Part shown: one piece after another, positions 1-14,465 of the stretch
How the letters are laid out: each line of letters opens with the position of its first letter
How positions within the stretch are numbered: position 1 is the first letter of the stretch
Assembly: GCF_006345805.1 (NCBI RefSeq)
Contig: NC_042998.1
Location: forward strand, 174,282,001 to 174,346,000
Direction: 5' to 3'
Length of the DNA stretch: 64,000 bases
Source: Octopus sinensis
Lineage: Eukaryota
Notes under the pieces: model-generated
The model's database searches: none
Told to the model about the DNA's origin: nothing
Seen by the model: only the letters and a program-made list of their open reading frames with translations
Made by a program: the position numbers and the translations under genes

Positions 1-166
1 AGTTCTGCTGTATTTGAATCTCTCTGAAGTCTTTATTCACAGCTATCTCCTGTTCCTGAATAGCTAAAATAAATGTATATGGACATGTATGTTTCTATGA
101 ACATACGTAGCTTTGAATGAAAGAATGTCTTACGTATCTATACATAAATGAATTAATGTATGATGT

Positions 167-545
167 GGATGGAAGCACTCCGTCGGTTACGACGACGAGG
201 GTTCCGGTTGATCCGAATCAACGGAACAGCCTGCTCGCGAAATTAACGTGTAAGTGGCTGAGCACTCCACAGACACGTGTACCCTTAACGTAGTTCTCGG
301 GGATATTCAGCGTGACACAGAGAGTGACAAGGCCGGCCCTGTGAAATACAGGTACAACAGAAACAGGAAGTAAGAGTGAGAAAAAGTTGTGGTGAAAGAG
401 TACAGCAGGGATCACCACCATCCCCTGCCGGAGCCTCGTGGAGCTTTAGGTGTTTTCGCTCAATAAACACTCACACCGCCCGGTCTGGGAATCGAAACCG
501 CGATCCTATGACCGCGAGTCCGCTGCTCTAACCACTGGGCCATAC
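167..545 (-). mobile_element. tRNA-derived SINE (family A, long variant)
   Basis: Near-identical reverse complement of 61671-62053. tRNA-like A/B-box head (TGGCCCAGTGGTTAG...GGTTTCGATTCCC). 11-bp TSD ATGTATGATGT at 156-166 and 546-556. Confidence 0.9.
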
Positions 546-1160
546 ATGTATGATGTACTTATGTATTATACTTTCTGTAGTGGGCTACTCTTAGTATCGG
601 ATCATATTTCTCTTCTTTGTATCAATATTCATTACTTTAAACTAAAATCTGCAAAAGTATCGTGTTTATTTAAAAATGACTTTCTATAATCCATTTTACA
701 TATATACGAAAACTGAGCGTGAGTGAGGTGGGTGTTATAGGTTGGGTGTATGCATAGGTATGTACGATGTTTTATAGATGTATTCCATTGTGTATGCGTA
801 GACGTTTATGTGTATGTCTGTATGGTAAGATAATGAATACATTCAGCTTATATATCCAAGTTAAGCTGAATTAGTAAAATAATGGTATTGTCATTCCTCT
901 TATACGTCTATTTCTAGACAGTATCAGAACATTAATACTACTATTTCATTTTCCTTCCGTATAGCATGATATAGAATATATTACTTAAGCAACTCTGTTT
1001 ATACAGATTCACCGCAATGATACGAGGAAATTTATATCACCAAGTCAACCGTTTAGCAGTGATCAAGGATCAGTGCTGAGATTTATTGTATCTACGGCCT
1101 CATACACGTCTCTTTCGATATTTATGTCAATGTGTATAAATATGCATGCATGTGTGTAAG

Positions 1161-1164
<4 letters not shown>

Positions 1165-1202
<38 letters not shown>

Positions 1203-1315
1203 TGCATTCATCTGTGTGTGGGTGTTCATATAAATATATATCTACATATGTTATATATATATATATGTTTCTCTCCTTATATGTATATATATATATATAT
1301 TATATATATATATAT

Positions 1316-1386
<71 letters not shown>

Positions 1387-1405
1387 TAGATATATGTGTG
1401 TGTGT
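1165..1405. repeat. (TA)n / (GATA)n microsatellite block
   Basis: Visible directly in the sequence. Confidence 0.95.
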
Positions 1406-1507
1406 ATCCCTTCTTTCCTGAGCATCCAATAATACTTTATTTGTTCCACGTCCTTGCGTTGTTGTTTTTTTTGTTTTTTTGGTTTTTGTTTTCTTGTTTG
1501 GATTAAT

Positions 1508-1508
<1 letters not shown>
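1406..1508 (+). mobile_element. 3' fragment of the (TA)n-embedded element family seen at 20292-20495
   Basis: Shares CCAATAA..CT..A.TTGTTCCACGTCCT.GCGTTGTTGT...TGTTTGGATTAA with 20426-20493. Followed by (TA)n. Confidence 0.7.
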
Positions 1509-1566
<58 letters not shown>

Positions 1567-1689
1567 TATTTTATTTATATTTTAAAATTACGTATCCTTA
1601 CTTTTTATATATATATTATTTATATTTAAATCTAGTTTATATTTTTAAACCACATGTCTTACATTTTGTTTATTATATGTATGAATGAG

Positions 1690-4140
1690 CTACTCCGTGT
1701 CGGACATCGGAATGATATTTGATCACATTATAGAGCGCTTGGGTGTCGGTTTGGTGTCTGGAACGGGATAGCTTACCTCATGGCCAGGTAGAAGCTCTTT
1801 AACTTCTCCTAGGAAAAGGAAATCTCCAAAATAAAACCTGAGGCCTTGGAATTTCCTGGTTTTGTCAATTTTCATCTCACAGCGGCGAAAGTCTTCTTTG
1901 GCCAGTAGATGGGGGTAGTGCACTACAAGCTACACCCACTGAAAATTATTCATCTGCATAGGTACTTCTTGTAGACGAAATCTTAGTAAAATCATTGAAT
2001 TGGTTGGTTGGCAGAAACCTAAAAATGAACTTGTAAATTACTCTAAAATGTTTCTAACAGATTCAATAAATGGCAAAAAAGGCTTGGGAACGTCAGGAAG
2101 GCAGGTATGGCTCGGCAGGTGTCCCAGTGTGTCACAGGCTTGGCCCGGTCGTCATCCTGCCACTGTGGTCAAACAGTCTTCAAGGAAAAGTAAAAAAAAA
2201 ATAAATAAACATCCTCAGAATTTTGGCTGTTGGAATGTGTGCACACTTCTTGATGGTAAGTTCAACATGAGGCCAGAAAGTCGTACTACACTTATTGCAT
2301 GTGAGCTTTAAAAAATATTCACTTGATATAGTTGCGCTCTCTGAAACTCATTTCTCTGGTGAAGGTCAAATAAATTAACCTACTTATGGATATACTATCT
2401 TTTGGAGAAGCCAACCTGGTGATCAGCGTAGAGAATCAGGTGTTGGATTTTATTCTCAAGAATTCATTAGTATCCTCCATTGCAGAATTTCTAAGTGCTA
2501 TATCTGAACGATATATTTCTTACCATTGTCAGTATTTATGCATCAACACTGACTCATTCTGAGAAAACTGTAGGACAGTTTTATGACGATCTAGCACAAT
2601 TATTGAGGTAAGTACCAATTTCTGACAAGCTGGTCATATTGGGAGATGTCAACGCAAGTGTTGGAAAAGACTACGTTTTATGGTCTGTTTTAGGCCGACA
2701 TGGGATTGGAAAATGTAATAAAAATGGAGTAACTCCTTTGGCGTTTTGTACTGAGGATAATGTGGTTGTCACCAACACTCTGTTTAAGCAGGAAAATAAA
2801 TATAAAGCCATCTGGATGCACCCAAGTTCTAAGCGCTGGCATCTCATAGATTATATTTAGATCAGAAAGAGTGATATGAAAGATGTTTCTAGTGTTCGGG
2901 CCATGAGAGGAGCAGAGAGTTGGCCTGACCATCGTCTGGTGTGTGGGAAAATAATTTTTTCGATAATGCCTAAAAGTCGACAGTCTGGTGCTAAGGCATC
3001 CAAAAAGTTAAATATTGCAAATTTGCGAAGATTCTCCGATGCTATAGAAGGCATCAATCTTGACCCAAACAATCTATGGGAAGATTTCAAAACAAAAGTA
3101 TCTCGGGCTGCAAGTTCGTCAGTGGAATTTAAATCGCGTAAGTCCAGTGACTGGTTCTCAGACAAATCGGCAGAAATTCATGATCTACTTTTAGAAACAC
3201 AAAACTTAGGCAATACACTACTTTCTTAGTCCTTGAACCCCAACTCAAACGAAGCTTACAGAAAGTCAAAAGAAAAAGTGCAGACTGCTCTCAGAAAAGT
3301 TAAACAGGAATAGTGGAAATGTAGAGCAAAAGGGGGCACAAGAAGCAGCTGATAGAAATGACGTCAAGGGTTTGTACTCTTATGTTAAAGAGGCATATAA
3401 CCCAAAATTTTCTTCAAAAGCTCCAATGAGAATAGCAAATGGGCGTTTGTTTCTGACTGACATGGTTTCTATTCATAAGTGTTGGGCATAAATTTTTCTT
3501 CACTTTTCAATAAATCATCATCCGCTGAAATGAGGATGGTAGAAAAATCGAACACCTTCCAGTTATAGGGGAGATGGAATTTGAACCAACTCTAAATCAC
3601 ATTTATTTAGCTGTGAATAAGCTGAATAACGATAAGTCTCCAGGATGTGATGGAATCGGTGCAGAGGTCTTGAAATATGGGGGTGACAAATGTTTGAACT
3701 CTTAAATATATTAATTTGTCACTGTTAGAGAACTGAGAAAGTGCCTCAAAACTGGAGTGACGCCATTTTAGTCTCCTTGTATAAATCGGGGCCAAAGGAT
3801 CTGTGTGGTAATTTCTGTGAGATTTCGCTTTTGTCTGTGATTGAAAAGGTACTTGGCCACATTCTCTTAGAACGTTTAAATACCTTCATAGTTCCAAATA
3901 TGGTGTCTGAATCTGAATGTGGTTTTTACTCTTCAAGGGGCATAGTTGATTGTATCTTTACTATCAGAGAATTTCAGGAAAAGTGCATTGAACAGAATCT
4001 TTCCCTATATTATTGCTTTGTTGATTTGAGCAAAGCATTTGATACTGTGAATCGAAATGCCCTGTGGCTAATTATAAGGAAAATAGGTTGCCCTGAAAAA
4101 TTTGTAAACATGATTTGGACTTTGCGTCAAGATACCCTAA
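1690..4140 (+). mobile_element. Degenerate RTE-clade LINE (APE endonuclease plus N-terminal RT), 3'-truncated
   Basis: ORF pieces carry GCWNVCTLLD..RPESRTTLIACEL, GDVNASVG, WMHPSSKRWHLIDYI, SWPDHRLV and the RT motifs ISLLSVIEKVL, ESECGF, QEKCIEQN, FVDLSKAFDTVNR. Multiple stops and frameshifts. Confidence 0.92.
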
Positions 4141-4529
4141 TTTTTAATGTCGGTAAGGTGTGATACTGAATAAAATATGTTTCACTTGATCAATTTTTGA
4201 CGTATGAAACTGGAAACTCACTTGACGTCTTGATGCCTTTCTGAGCAACCGTGTCAAGATAGAAGACGTACGATTGTCGTTTAAGGAGTATAAGTTCATT
4301 TTAAAGTGGTATTTTAAATGTGAGAATGTTGTTGAGGTTCAACAATAATAGAGGCATGAATTTGGAAGAGAGCCTTTCACAAACCTGATAATTTCACGGT
4401 TTTGAAATAAGTTCGAAATACATAGTGGCATGTAGTATGTGCAGAAGGAAAAATCCGGCAGACCTTGTACAGTAACAAGTGCTGCTTTCTCGACTATGGT
4501 ATTAGAACATTTCATACATTTGCCACATA

Positions 4530-4927
4530 TCATTATATATAAAAGAGAGGTTGTATGCTGTATGTCTCCTACGATTTAGATTCCTAACTACTCCCACATT
4601 TTGCGGTGCAGTTTAACCAAAACCGGGTATCTTATAGTCGTGATTCATATCAAGCCCTTCTGGGTATTAGCGTGCGTCTACGATGAGGCTACGATTTTAA
4701 AAAGAATTTACCATCAATTTTTCCCATTTTTAATGCATTTTTGGCATATATAAGGGAAGTAACTCTCTAAAAATTTATTATTAAATCTCAGAACGTAAAA
4801 AGCTACAGTAACCCCCCCCCCCTTTGTGGTTAGCCATATTGAGATGGCTATTATACTTTACATCTCTAAAAATGCTTATATAGTTATTTCCCTTACAAAC
4901 CCGAGCAACGCCGGGCGATACTGCTAG
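4530..4927 (+). mobile_element. Non-autonomous Helitron
   Basis: 5' TC..TATATATAAAA start, subterminal hairpin CCCGAGCAACGCCGGG (4900-4915), 3' CTAG end. Inserted between A and T with no TSD. Confidence 0.8.
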
Positions 4928-5549
4928 TTTCATATATATTATAAACATACATAAACACTTATCCCTGTATACAGGTATATAAATATTCATGATCTGTATG
5001 TATGTGTGTGTGTGTGTGTGTGTGTGTAATTTGTGCTTATAAGCATATGAATTTAAGAAATCATAAAATAGATTATATCTGCATACGTGTATGCAGAAAA
5101 CTATAAATTTTATTAATGCCTGGATATTACATATTCACATTGATCTCAAATTTTGCCATTACATGATTCGCGAGAAGTTCCGTTTAAAACATTCATTGTA
5201 AAATAAAATACATTTTCACATAATTTCATATAACTGACAGCTACTTTTGTCTTGTACATGAATTTTGATATGACTTGATATTACTTAACTCTATGCTAAC
5301 ATCACTGATTATGTCATACAAATAATAAGTCTTGCTGATAAATTTATTGCCTTCTTTAACACAAGAGCATGATCCATAAAACACAAACGTCGTAGAATCT
5401 TCAGAAATTTCATATTTAGGGTGTTTGTATATGTACACATTCCATTATAAACACGGGGAAATGTATAGTAATGATGGTTATTTACCTCCAACGATATACA
5501 CAGGCAATGAGCTGATAAATTCAGAGAAATACCTAAACTATTCAGCGAT

Positions 5550-6480
5550 TTGAACGTAAAGAATACAGTAAGTAACAACCTCAAGATATTCAGTTTTTTA
5601 GACCTAATATATATATATGATTAATGACAGAAATTTCCAACCTTGTATCATTAAACCACATGTTTCAATATGTATTAATTATGTATTAATCATGATTCTA
5701 ACCAGCCACTGTCTACTCACAGAAATTTATTCACAAATCTCTCTAATCTAAACATCTCTGCCGACAAAACCTCAGCCAGCAAAGAAGTCAATCCATACAA
5801 TAATATATTAGTATATTGTGGTGTCTTTCAAACCACTAAATATTATAGACGTACACAACCCAGGAAGAGGAAACGCAAACATTTGGAGGTGTAATAGACC
5901 ATATTCATTCAACATCAGTATCTTGATTGGAAAAACATTCCTACAGCTTGTAAAATAGCCATTCCTTCCCGAAAATATGCATACAGAAAAATCTTCAACT
6001 CAAATTTACTGAAAATAAACTACGTGACACCAACAAATTTCGTCAACACATTATCATTCAGTAACAGTAAAACAAGAAGGAATAATTCAAATTACCAGAA
6101 CCCAAATAACATTAGTGCTGTTAAATGCAATTGACATTCATAAAATGTGTCCAGTGAACAGCAATAGTGAACACAACCCCATTATCTATGTAAGCACTGA
6201 CAATTCTTACAATAATCAGAATAGCATAAATTACATTTACAAAGGATAAACAACAAATCAATTTAAAGTTAAATATTTTAGCATATCGTTAAATCATTAC
6301 GCAATTATTCGGCACTTCCATAGCGACACATCAGTTTTTGTAAGAATAACAATTTAATCTATGCTATTAGGTTAGATTGTGGTCTTAAGACAGAGAAATA
6401 TCTTATATACAAGCAAATTATTCAGCAATCAATGTACTTCCGAAAACCTATACTTTTTAAATACATTTCCAAAATATTAA
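5550..6480 (+). mobile_element. Highly degenerate Penelope-like element (RT C-terminus plus GIY-YIG)
   Basis: Frameshifted remnants of FLDL, D-S-N-(H)-P, RKRK..PYS..IGK.FL.L...KIFN..KI.Y and C-N-x-...CP.N....IIY, typical of the PLE RT thumb and GIY-YIG region. Confidence 0.65.
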
Positions 6481-6627
6481 CTTAACGTACAAGCTCATTT
6501 TTTCATATTCTTATATACAAACATACTCACACATATACATACATATCTGTACATTTGTGTGTATGTATATATATATATACACAAATGTACAGTTCGAAAT
6601 ACATAGTGGCTTGTATTATGTGCAGAA

Positions 6628-6696
6628 GTATGTATGTATGTATGTATGTATGTATGTATGTATGTATGTATGTATGTACGTATGTATGTATGTATG

Positions 6697-6730
<34 letters not shown>

Positions 6731-6796
6731 TGTATGTATGTACGTACGTACGTATGTATATATGTATGTATGTATGTATGTACGTACGTACGTATG

Positions 6797-6830
<34 letters not shown>

Positions 6831-6838
6831 TATATGTA
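6628..6838. repeat. (TATG)n microsatellite
   Basis: Visible directly. It generates the YVCM/HTYI ORFs. Confidence 0.97.
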
Positions 6839-8599
6839 CAGCTTTCGAACTCGAGTTGTCTCCTCTTGGCCTTTTCTACCGGTTTGTAACGTTCTATGCA
6901 TCCCCGACCTCGTTCCACTCCAACTCACTGACTCGAACTCACTTGTCTCTCTTTTCAGCCATATTCGGTCAACCCTATTTATACAGGAACCCACACTAAT
7001 CACTTCACTCAGTCTTTTCTCCCCCACAAAACGACACTGGATATCAACGATATGAACCGTTAGCTACCTCTGCATAAATGTCTGTTTATGTTTATGCGTG
7101 TGGAGGGTGATTTTTACACTCGATCCGTAGTACTGATCACTTGTATAACACTAATCAACTATTTTTATTATCAATTTTGCTCCGAAATTTGCTTTAACTG
7201 CACTTCATATTTTCATACATACATACATACACACACACGCAGTTTCTCTCGCTCTCTCTCCCTCACACACACACACGCAAAGTATTCACACACTACCCAC
7301 GCACAAACATGTGCATACAAACACTCGTTCTTTCTTCCCCTTTGTCCATCTCTATTTCCCCCCTCACTCTCTCTCTCACTCTCGCCTTAGTTCTTTAAAT
7401 ATTTTCTCTTTGCTCAATTTACTGATCTACTCCTTGTTCTATGCTCTTTTTCTCCATCACTTCGTATATGAAATGTATATAAATACATTCATACACACGT
7501 ACGTACGTACGTGCGTACATACATACATAGTTACATACATACATACGTACATACATACATAAACGTTTCTTCTGAATCCACCGTCTTTCTGCTCTACATC
7601 GTGTGTAGAACGTGTCAGGCCTATCAATGTTAGCAAGCTGCCACTTACACGAAAATGCCTATAGTGATGTTTCTAGATTGATTTACATAGAATAAATATC
7701 ATTCAGATTAAAAGTAAGAAATTTTTTTAAAAGTGTGATATAACTTTTAAATGGACAGTTCTGATATTTCTTTGACACAAGTTTTCTTACTTCTGCAGGT
7801 AAACATGACGGATAAAGCTGGTTCTTTTATAAACACTAGTGTGTATGCTTGTGGACATAACGAATTATGAGAGCTCTGTCAACATACTTTTAGCTTCCTC
7901 TTGTAGTCATTCATTCATAATTGTATTCATTCATTCATTCATTCATCACAGCCAATCGACTGTATAAACCAAACGATTTCTCAAGAAATTGCATTAGAAC
8001 ATATAAGGAATGTTATATATTTTATTTCGGAGATGGGGATGAAATATTTAATGTCCCGGTATTAATACGTTCTTTTCAATTCAATATGTCCCTTCACCAT
8101 TATCTTAACTCTATAATTACTTAAATTTATTAGATTCCATTTGAATTGTCAATATTTGTACGAGTCGTTTGTTTCAGACAGGATTCGGGTGAGATATAAA
8201 TCCAATTTTCTAAATTCATATATGTAATTTTTCTGATAAATTAGCCAATCATTACAACCAGTTCGCAACTCAAACCTCGTAGTCTGTTCTAAAAGAAAGC
8301 GTAATACGTAAATTTCGCGCTATATTGAAAGATGCAGATTCCTTGTTGAATAAATATATGTCTGAGCATATATTATGCTTTAGCATAATAATTTAGTCAT
8401 TGGATTATCTAAGATTTCATCTTTATATACTGGATTGACCGTATGTATGGCGCTTAAGCAAGTCATAGTATACAGCCCTAGTAACAAGCCCGCTCTTTAG
8501 TTAATGTTCAGTGTTTTTATATTTATAAAGCATATCCGTTAATAGTATGTTTGGTATAAATCTGAGACTACATAAAAGAAAAGGGAAACGCAATACCCA

Positions 8600-9296
8600 A
8601 CCCCAAAACAGAAGTAGTTTTCAAAGTCAAAAAATATCAACTAGATAATGGCTGGGAGATAAACGTTTACTCAAAATAGCAGTCAACAGCTTCCACCATG
8701 GCCTGAAAACGGCTCCGAAACCTGGCGCATGTGTTCCTCTTTGTGCCCCTGGGAAGATCTTCGAACACCTCCTTTATCTTAGCCACAAACGCGGGTTTAG
8801 TGTTGCAGACAGAGCGTTTAGTGTCTTTCGCAATAGCGCCCCAACGAATAGTAATCTATAGGATTACAATCTGGCTGAATTGGGAGGCCAGAAGTCAGAG
8901 CTGGTGAAGTCGTAGACATTCTCCGACAACTACTTCTGATTCTTTCCCTAGGAATGACAAGGAATCAGCTCCTGCTGCCATACATATGGCCTTCCCACAG
9001 CAACCCTCTCTAGCCAGAGATTGACCAGTCTTCAGGAACTTCACAGAGCCGTCTAAATTAAGCCTAAAGCCAAGTTCAAGTATAAAGTGGGGATGAATTC
9101 TTCTGGGCCACAGCTTGGCAGTCTCCATTGCAACTATCCATGTCACGTCTTATAGCCAGTTTTCCATATCAGCTAACTTTTTCTCAGCTACAAATTTAAT
9201 CTTTATGCTCTTCAACTCCGTTGACTATTTACCAATAAATCAAACTCCTCAAAAGAATAGGAGACAAATAAATGGCAAATTTTCCCAAACACCCTG
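8600..9296 (-). mobile_element. Internally deleted Tc1/mariner-superfamily (maT-like) transposon
   Basis: Minus-strand remnants GFRLNLDG.VKFL and frameshifted RPYVWQQ..A / WPPNS.DCNPIDY..GA catalytic-region motifs. Terminus TA-CAGGGTGTTTGGGAAAATTTGCC at 9273-9298. Confidence 0.8.
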
Positions 9297-11239
9297 TATA
9301 GTTAGTATCTAATAAATCGTATGGTGTACATCTGGTAGTTTGCCGGTAAAGCACATTCACTGGCTTAGTGTTCGAGATAGAAGATACGAGAAATTTTATT
9401 GATCACTACAATCTTTTCGATCCATCTAGCATCGAGCCTTCGTGGGTGGAATGCTCTACAACTGGAAGAAGCCACTAATTACTTGTTACAAATAAGTACT
9501 ATATAATATAGTTTACCTTAGCTACGCCACTGATGATTAGCAATCAGTTTATCTAAGATTGATGAGTCTAATATCCTGTCGTGATGAGTGTCAAATAGCA
9601 TGTTTACCTGTAAGGATTTTTAAATGAAGCCAAACAACAATCTTCTATATGGTCGCTTGACACGTTTGAAACTCAAATCACAATTCATTTACAAAATGAA
9701 GTATCACGTCTTTGTATGAGGGTGCTGCTGTATGAGGGCTGTCTCTCAGCATCATTGATTTTTTAACATTAATTGTGAATCTTTAGGGAGTCAAATGTAA
9801 CTTGTTAAACATACGTAAAAGGCATCAATACTACAGACATTCCAGAATTTTCTATAGAGACAATGTCACATATACTATCTCATTTTAGGCTTCCTTTCAC
9901 TTTCAAATGATCCTGGATGTAGTCCAAGCAAAGTATAGAATAAAGTGTGTCTATGCAGCACATAGACTGCGTACTGAAGAAATCTCAGGAATTCAACTTA
10001 TAATTAATGAATTTTCCGTGTAGATAGAAGCATTTGTTAGTTTCGGTTTAATTTGTTTGTTCATTTGTGTGAGTATATGTGTGTGTGTATAGTCTGACGT
10101 GATACATGTATTGTCATAAATCTGAAAGCTTATGTCTAGACATAAGTCGAATAAGAAATTACTTGAATGAGAATATTTAGTGTGAATGTGTTGGTGGAGA
10201 GAAAAGTTTCCAGAAATGAAATCATCTATTCAGAAAGAATACAGAGTAGTCTGAAATAGTTTTGACGAACGTCATAAACAACCAAAGAAATTAGCAGGTG
10301 CTGCTAATATCCCTTATCTTCATAATTATTTTACCTCTTCTAGTGAACCGTTTAGATACACGTACTTGCCTGTTTCTCTGAATATAAAACTTACCACCTT
10401 TAATCAAAAGTCTGATCTCTCCCCTTACATTGCTAATAAGCGGTCTGAACTTTTAAAAAATATCCTCAAAATCCCCACTATGTGGTGTGCACTCGGAAAC
10501 CAGTGCAGCTAAGCATAATTATCATTATTACCTATTTTCTCATACAATTCTCTATCTCTTTTATATTTCGGCTGTAATAGCAAAATTCAACACAATCTAT
10601 ACACTGAAAGGGTGTAGAGATGCGGTTTCTATTCCAACAATCACCCTTTTCATTGGAACTGTAATCATTTTTCTAGTGTTTTGTCGCCGAGTAAAGCCAC
10701 TGCCACCGCTATTTCTGTTGTTGCAGTCATTCTTCCTATGTTAAATATAAATGATTTTCTTGTTTGCGATTGCAGTTCCAATTATTGATTTCGTCATTGT
10801 TATTGTCAATGCTAGAATTATTCTTTCTGTTGGGAAAATTATTCTCAATATTCAAAACATTATATTCACCGCCCACTCCACCCAACTCCTTTGCAAGAGA
10901 ACTTTGTCTAGCATTCTTATGAAGAATAATCACCTATCGTCACTATTGCAGCCTTGTTGAAATGGATTTCTACAGTGAAGAGAGAATGTAATAACGATAC
11001 ATAATTATTAATATTTCTTCCACGAAACAGACGATAAATAACAATTAAACGCTTTTTCTCTTCCTTGGTAGCTATCAGTAAAATAAACACGGAGTTAAAG
11101 GAAACAAATAATTATAACACGTCCAACAGAATCAGCTTCCAGATACAGGTAACAACAGCAACATTAAGGACAACAATAACATAGACATGGACAAAAACTC
11201 CAACAGAACAACAACAACAACAAAGGCAACAATAATAAT

Positions 11240-11365
11240 ATTTGCAAATTTTGGTACAAGAACAGCAATTTTAGGGGAGCAGTCGATTACATCTCACCCA
11301 GTACTCGACGACTGGTACTTATTTTATTGAACTCGATAGAATAAAAGGCAGAGTCGACATCGCTT
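11240..11365 (-). mobile_element. SINE fragment (abundant family C)
   Basis: Shares AAATTTTGG.ACAAG...GTCGATTACATC..CCCAGTAC...GGTACTTATTTTAT with many copies in the window. Confidence 0.7.
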
Positions 11366-12899
11366 CTTGCATGACTTGTAAATGTATCCTGAATTTCTTG
11401 GAAAGTTAATGGTGAATGAAAACTTTTAATTCAGTGATAATTTTGTCTATATTCTTATAGATGAATTAGAAACGAGATGGTTATTCTATTGCTCCGAATT
11501 TAATATGGTAAATAGAATTTAATTACACGATGAAATTTTCGATTCCTTGAAATACACAAAAATGGATTTTTTTAATGGAATCTCAAGAGAAAAAAAGATT
11601 TTTAATGTTTTATAAGATGAGAATTTGTCGTCACCTCTGTTAGCATAGTACATGGATTCACTGAGGATATTTATTGAAGTTAAAGCGCGTAGTAATAGAA
11701 TCATTAAAGCATTGTATAAAATGTCATACTCTATTTGTTCTGACTTTCTGTGGTCCGAGTTCAAATCCAGCCATGCTCAACTTTGCTTTTCATTCTTTCA
11801 GGGTCGATATAAAAGTAGCAATGTAAGATGACGGATTGATGGAACTGCTATGGAATCGAGCAAAATGTCTAGCGGTACCTGTTCTGGCTCTTTGCTTTCT
11901 GACAGCAGCTCTAGTGGCGACAATAGGGTCAAATTGTGTCAGACAAAGTCGATGGCCTTTCCCTGCCAGACAGAATACTTCATGGTCTTCTATTTCACTA
12001 TGACATTTATCATCATCATCTTGATATGATGATGCTATTAATAACGATGATGAATAATCATGAGGGTAATGATAGCGATAATTATATATGATCATAAGAA
12101 TGATGATTGTAATGATAATGGGGGAAGACCATAATGGTGATAGATGATCAGAAATGGTAATGCAGCGGAGAGAGGAAGAAGTTTATAATTGCTGAAACTG
12201 ATTTTATCAATACAAATGAATAAAAAAATGCTTTAGGTTATGTATAAATCAATAACATCGTTTATTTTATCTTGCAAAACGCTGCGACATCAATGCTATT
12301 ATAAACAACGATTTAATTAGTCATAGATTGAACAAGTGAAGAGAATATAAACTTTATTTCTTTGCTTCTGCCAACATAACAAAATGTATAATGTATCCAA
12401 TTCGTATCAGTTTCTTTATATCCAAAATTCTATTTATTTGTGTCTACCTTTGAATATTTCAAGTATAAAGGAAATCGGTGTTTGTTAGCATTACCTCTAC
12501 TGTTTTTAGTTTGGTAAATACATTAAATGAGCAATGAGAATGAGATACGACTTGGAAAACATACATGAAAGTGTTTAGGTTAACAAATGCTGAGAATGAG
12601 CATGATGTCTTAGAATGACCTTACAGCATTTGCAAGCCAGTGTCTAGCCTTTTTAAGTGATACGTCGATGTCTTCACACAAGGGGTTATTTACAGTCCAG
12701 GTGTATCAATCACAAGTGCTATCCGAACCGCCTTTTTTTTTTTAATTCGGCATCCAAACCGGAGTTAGCTCTTATTTTACCAACTCGCTTCTGCGCAATA
12801 TTGTAATCATTTGATTTTGCTATGTACGCTAATCACGTTTCTAAGAGGAGGGAAAAGCTATATTTGCCATGTGTTATCAAGCTGAAAGAGCGATTGAGT

Positions 12900-13110
12900 G
12901 ATAAAATCGTTACAGCGTCGAAAAACAAGGTAGTATGTAACATTTGTTCCAACTCTTAACGATCTAAATTGCAATTCCATCCTAGTCACCTTTGCTTTCA
13001 TCCTTCGAAGGTTAATAAAATAAACTACCAATCAATACTGGGCTTAATTGTAACAGCTAAACCCTCCCAGCATAATTACTGGTCTTCTGCCTTTATTAGA
13101 ACCAATTATG
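12900..13110 (+). mobile_element. Degenerate SINE (family C)
   Basis: CTTTGCTTTCATCCTTCG..GGTT.ATAAAATAAACTACCA motif shared with 56933-57197. Confidence 0.65.
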
Positions 13111-14408
13111 TGCTATCAACCAGGGACGGTTGATATAGCACAGGGCTGACATACATAATGTCGTTATCAAACAAATTGCTTCATCAATTTAAATAATGGC
13201 TACTGATGAAAGGAAAATTTAATAGCGTTTACAATACTTAATGTAGAAGAAACCGGTGCTTTTTTGGATTAGTTTTGATTCTCACTTGAACCGTTTTCCT
13301 CTTATCCAGGTCTTCGTATGCTTTTTACCCAGACTCAAATGGTTTATAGCTCACACTGTGATTGCAAACGAAACTGATCTGTCGAAAGAAGTCTGTATTT
13401 TTCTTTTCACTTAAATAATTAACAAATAAATTTTATTCTGTTTGTATTTAATGTATATGATTTGTTTTATAACTTAACCCCGCGGTACTTTTCACCAAAA
13501 CCTTCTCTCATTTTTTTCTTCCTACTTCTGCCACAAACCATGGTGTGGTAAACATTCAGACCCTAGTCTAGACTGCGAATCCTCTGTACCCCAGGATGGT
13601 TCAGCTCTCCACCCATTAAAAGCCACCGTTTACGGAATGAGGATAGCAACGTAGCTTTCGCTCCCGCACAACCACCAGTCTATCGAATGTGGTGGGTGGA
13701 TCTTCACGCATTCTTAGTAGCTTAGAGTAGACTCGAATAAGAGATTATTCTTTGTGGCTAATGGCATGAGTCCTGATTGGAAGGAGAAGACAGCAGCAAG
13801 ATGAATAACACCAATAACAATGGCACCAACAGTAATAGCTACAGCAATACAGCAAAACTATGTTATCTGAAATATATAACAATAACGAGTATTTGGCATA
13901 TTTTTTTATGTACATTGAAAGGGAGGCGTTGAAAGAATGTTGTTAAAGGGAGCTATAGTTAAACAACGTTTGAGAAATACTAGCTTACATTCCTGAAAAC
14001 CTTAAATTTGCTTGCTTCTTAGTGTAGGCTGTAATGCTGGACTTGCTTTTAACTGTAATTGACGCTGAATGTAGCGATTCATTAGAAAAAATATTTCTCT
14101 TATTGTTTTTAACGCCACTATATGAATATACTGCACATGGGCAGACGGGAATTATATGCGGTAAGGAAATAACACTTACTTGCCTCGGGACAAATAAGTA
14201 AACATTTTGTTACATAAACGCAATGAAACAATTCTCCTGCTACCTATATTAGTGACTTCTTACACACTATACACACACATTCATACATCCATACATATGC
14301 ACACACACACAAACACACACACACATATATATGTGTATGTATGTATGTATGTACATACATACATGCATACGTATATACATATATATATATATATATATAA
14401 TATGCATG

Positions 14409-14462
<54 letters not shown>

Positions 14463-14465
14463 TCT

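Noticed and set aside
6527-7055. Long ORFs (up to 166 aa) on both strands; similar ORFs at 14207-14675, 16484-16924, 19851-20698, 27728-28157 and 30367-30858
   Set aside because: They are translations of (TATG)n, (TA)n and (CA)n microsatellites (YVCM, HTYI and IY repeats), not genes.
7780-7890. Acceptor-like TTCTGCAG followed by ATG
   Set aside because: Short frame, no recognisable product and no linked exons.
9395-9450. Possible minus-strand HHR remnant (GATCGAAAAGATTGTAGTGATCAATAAA)
   Set aside because: No CUGANGA box and stems are not convincingly formed.
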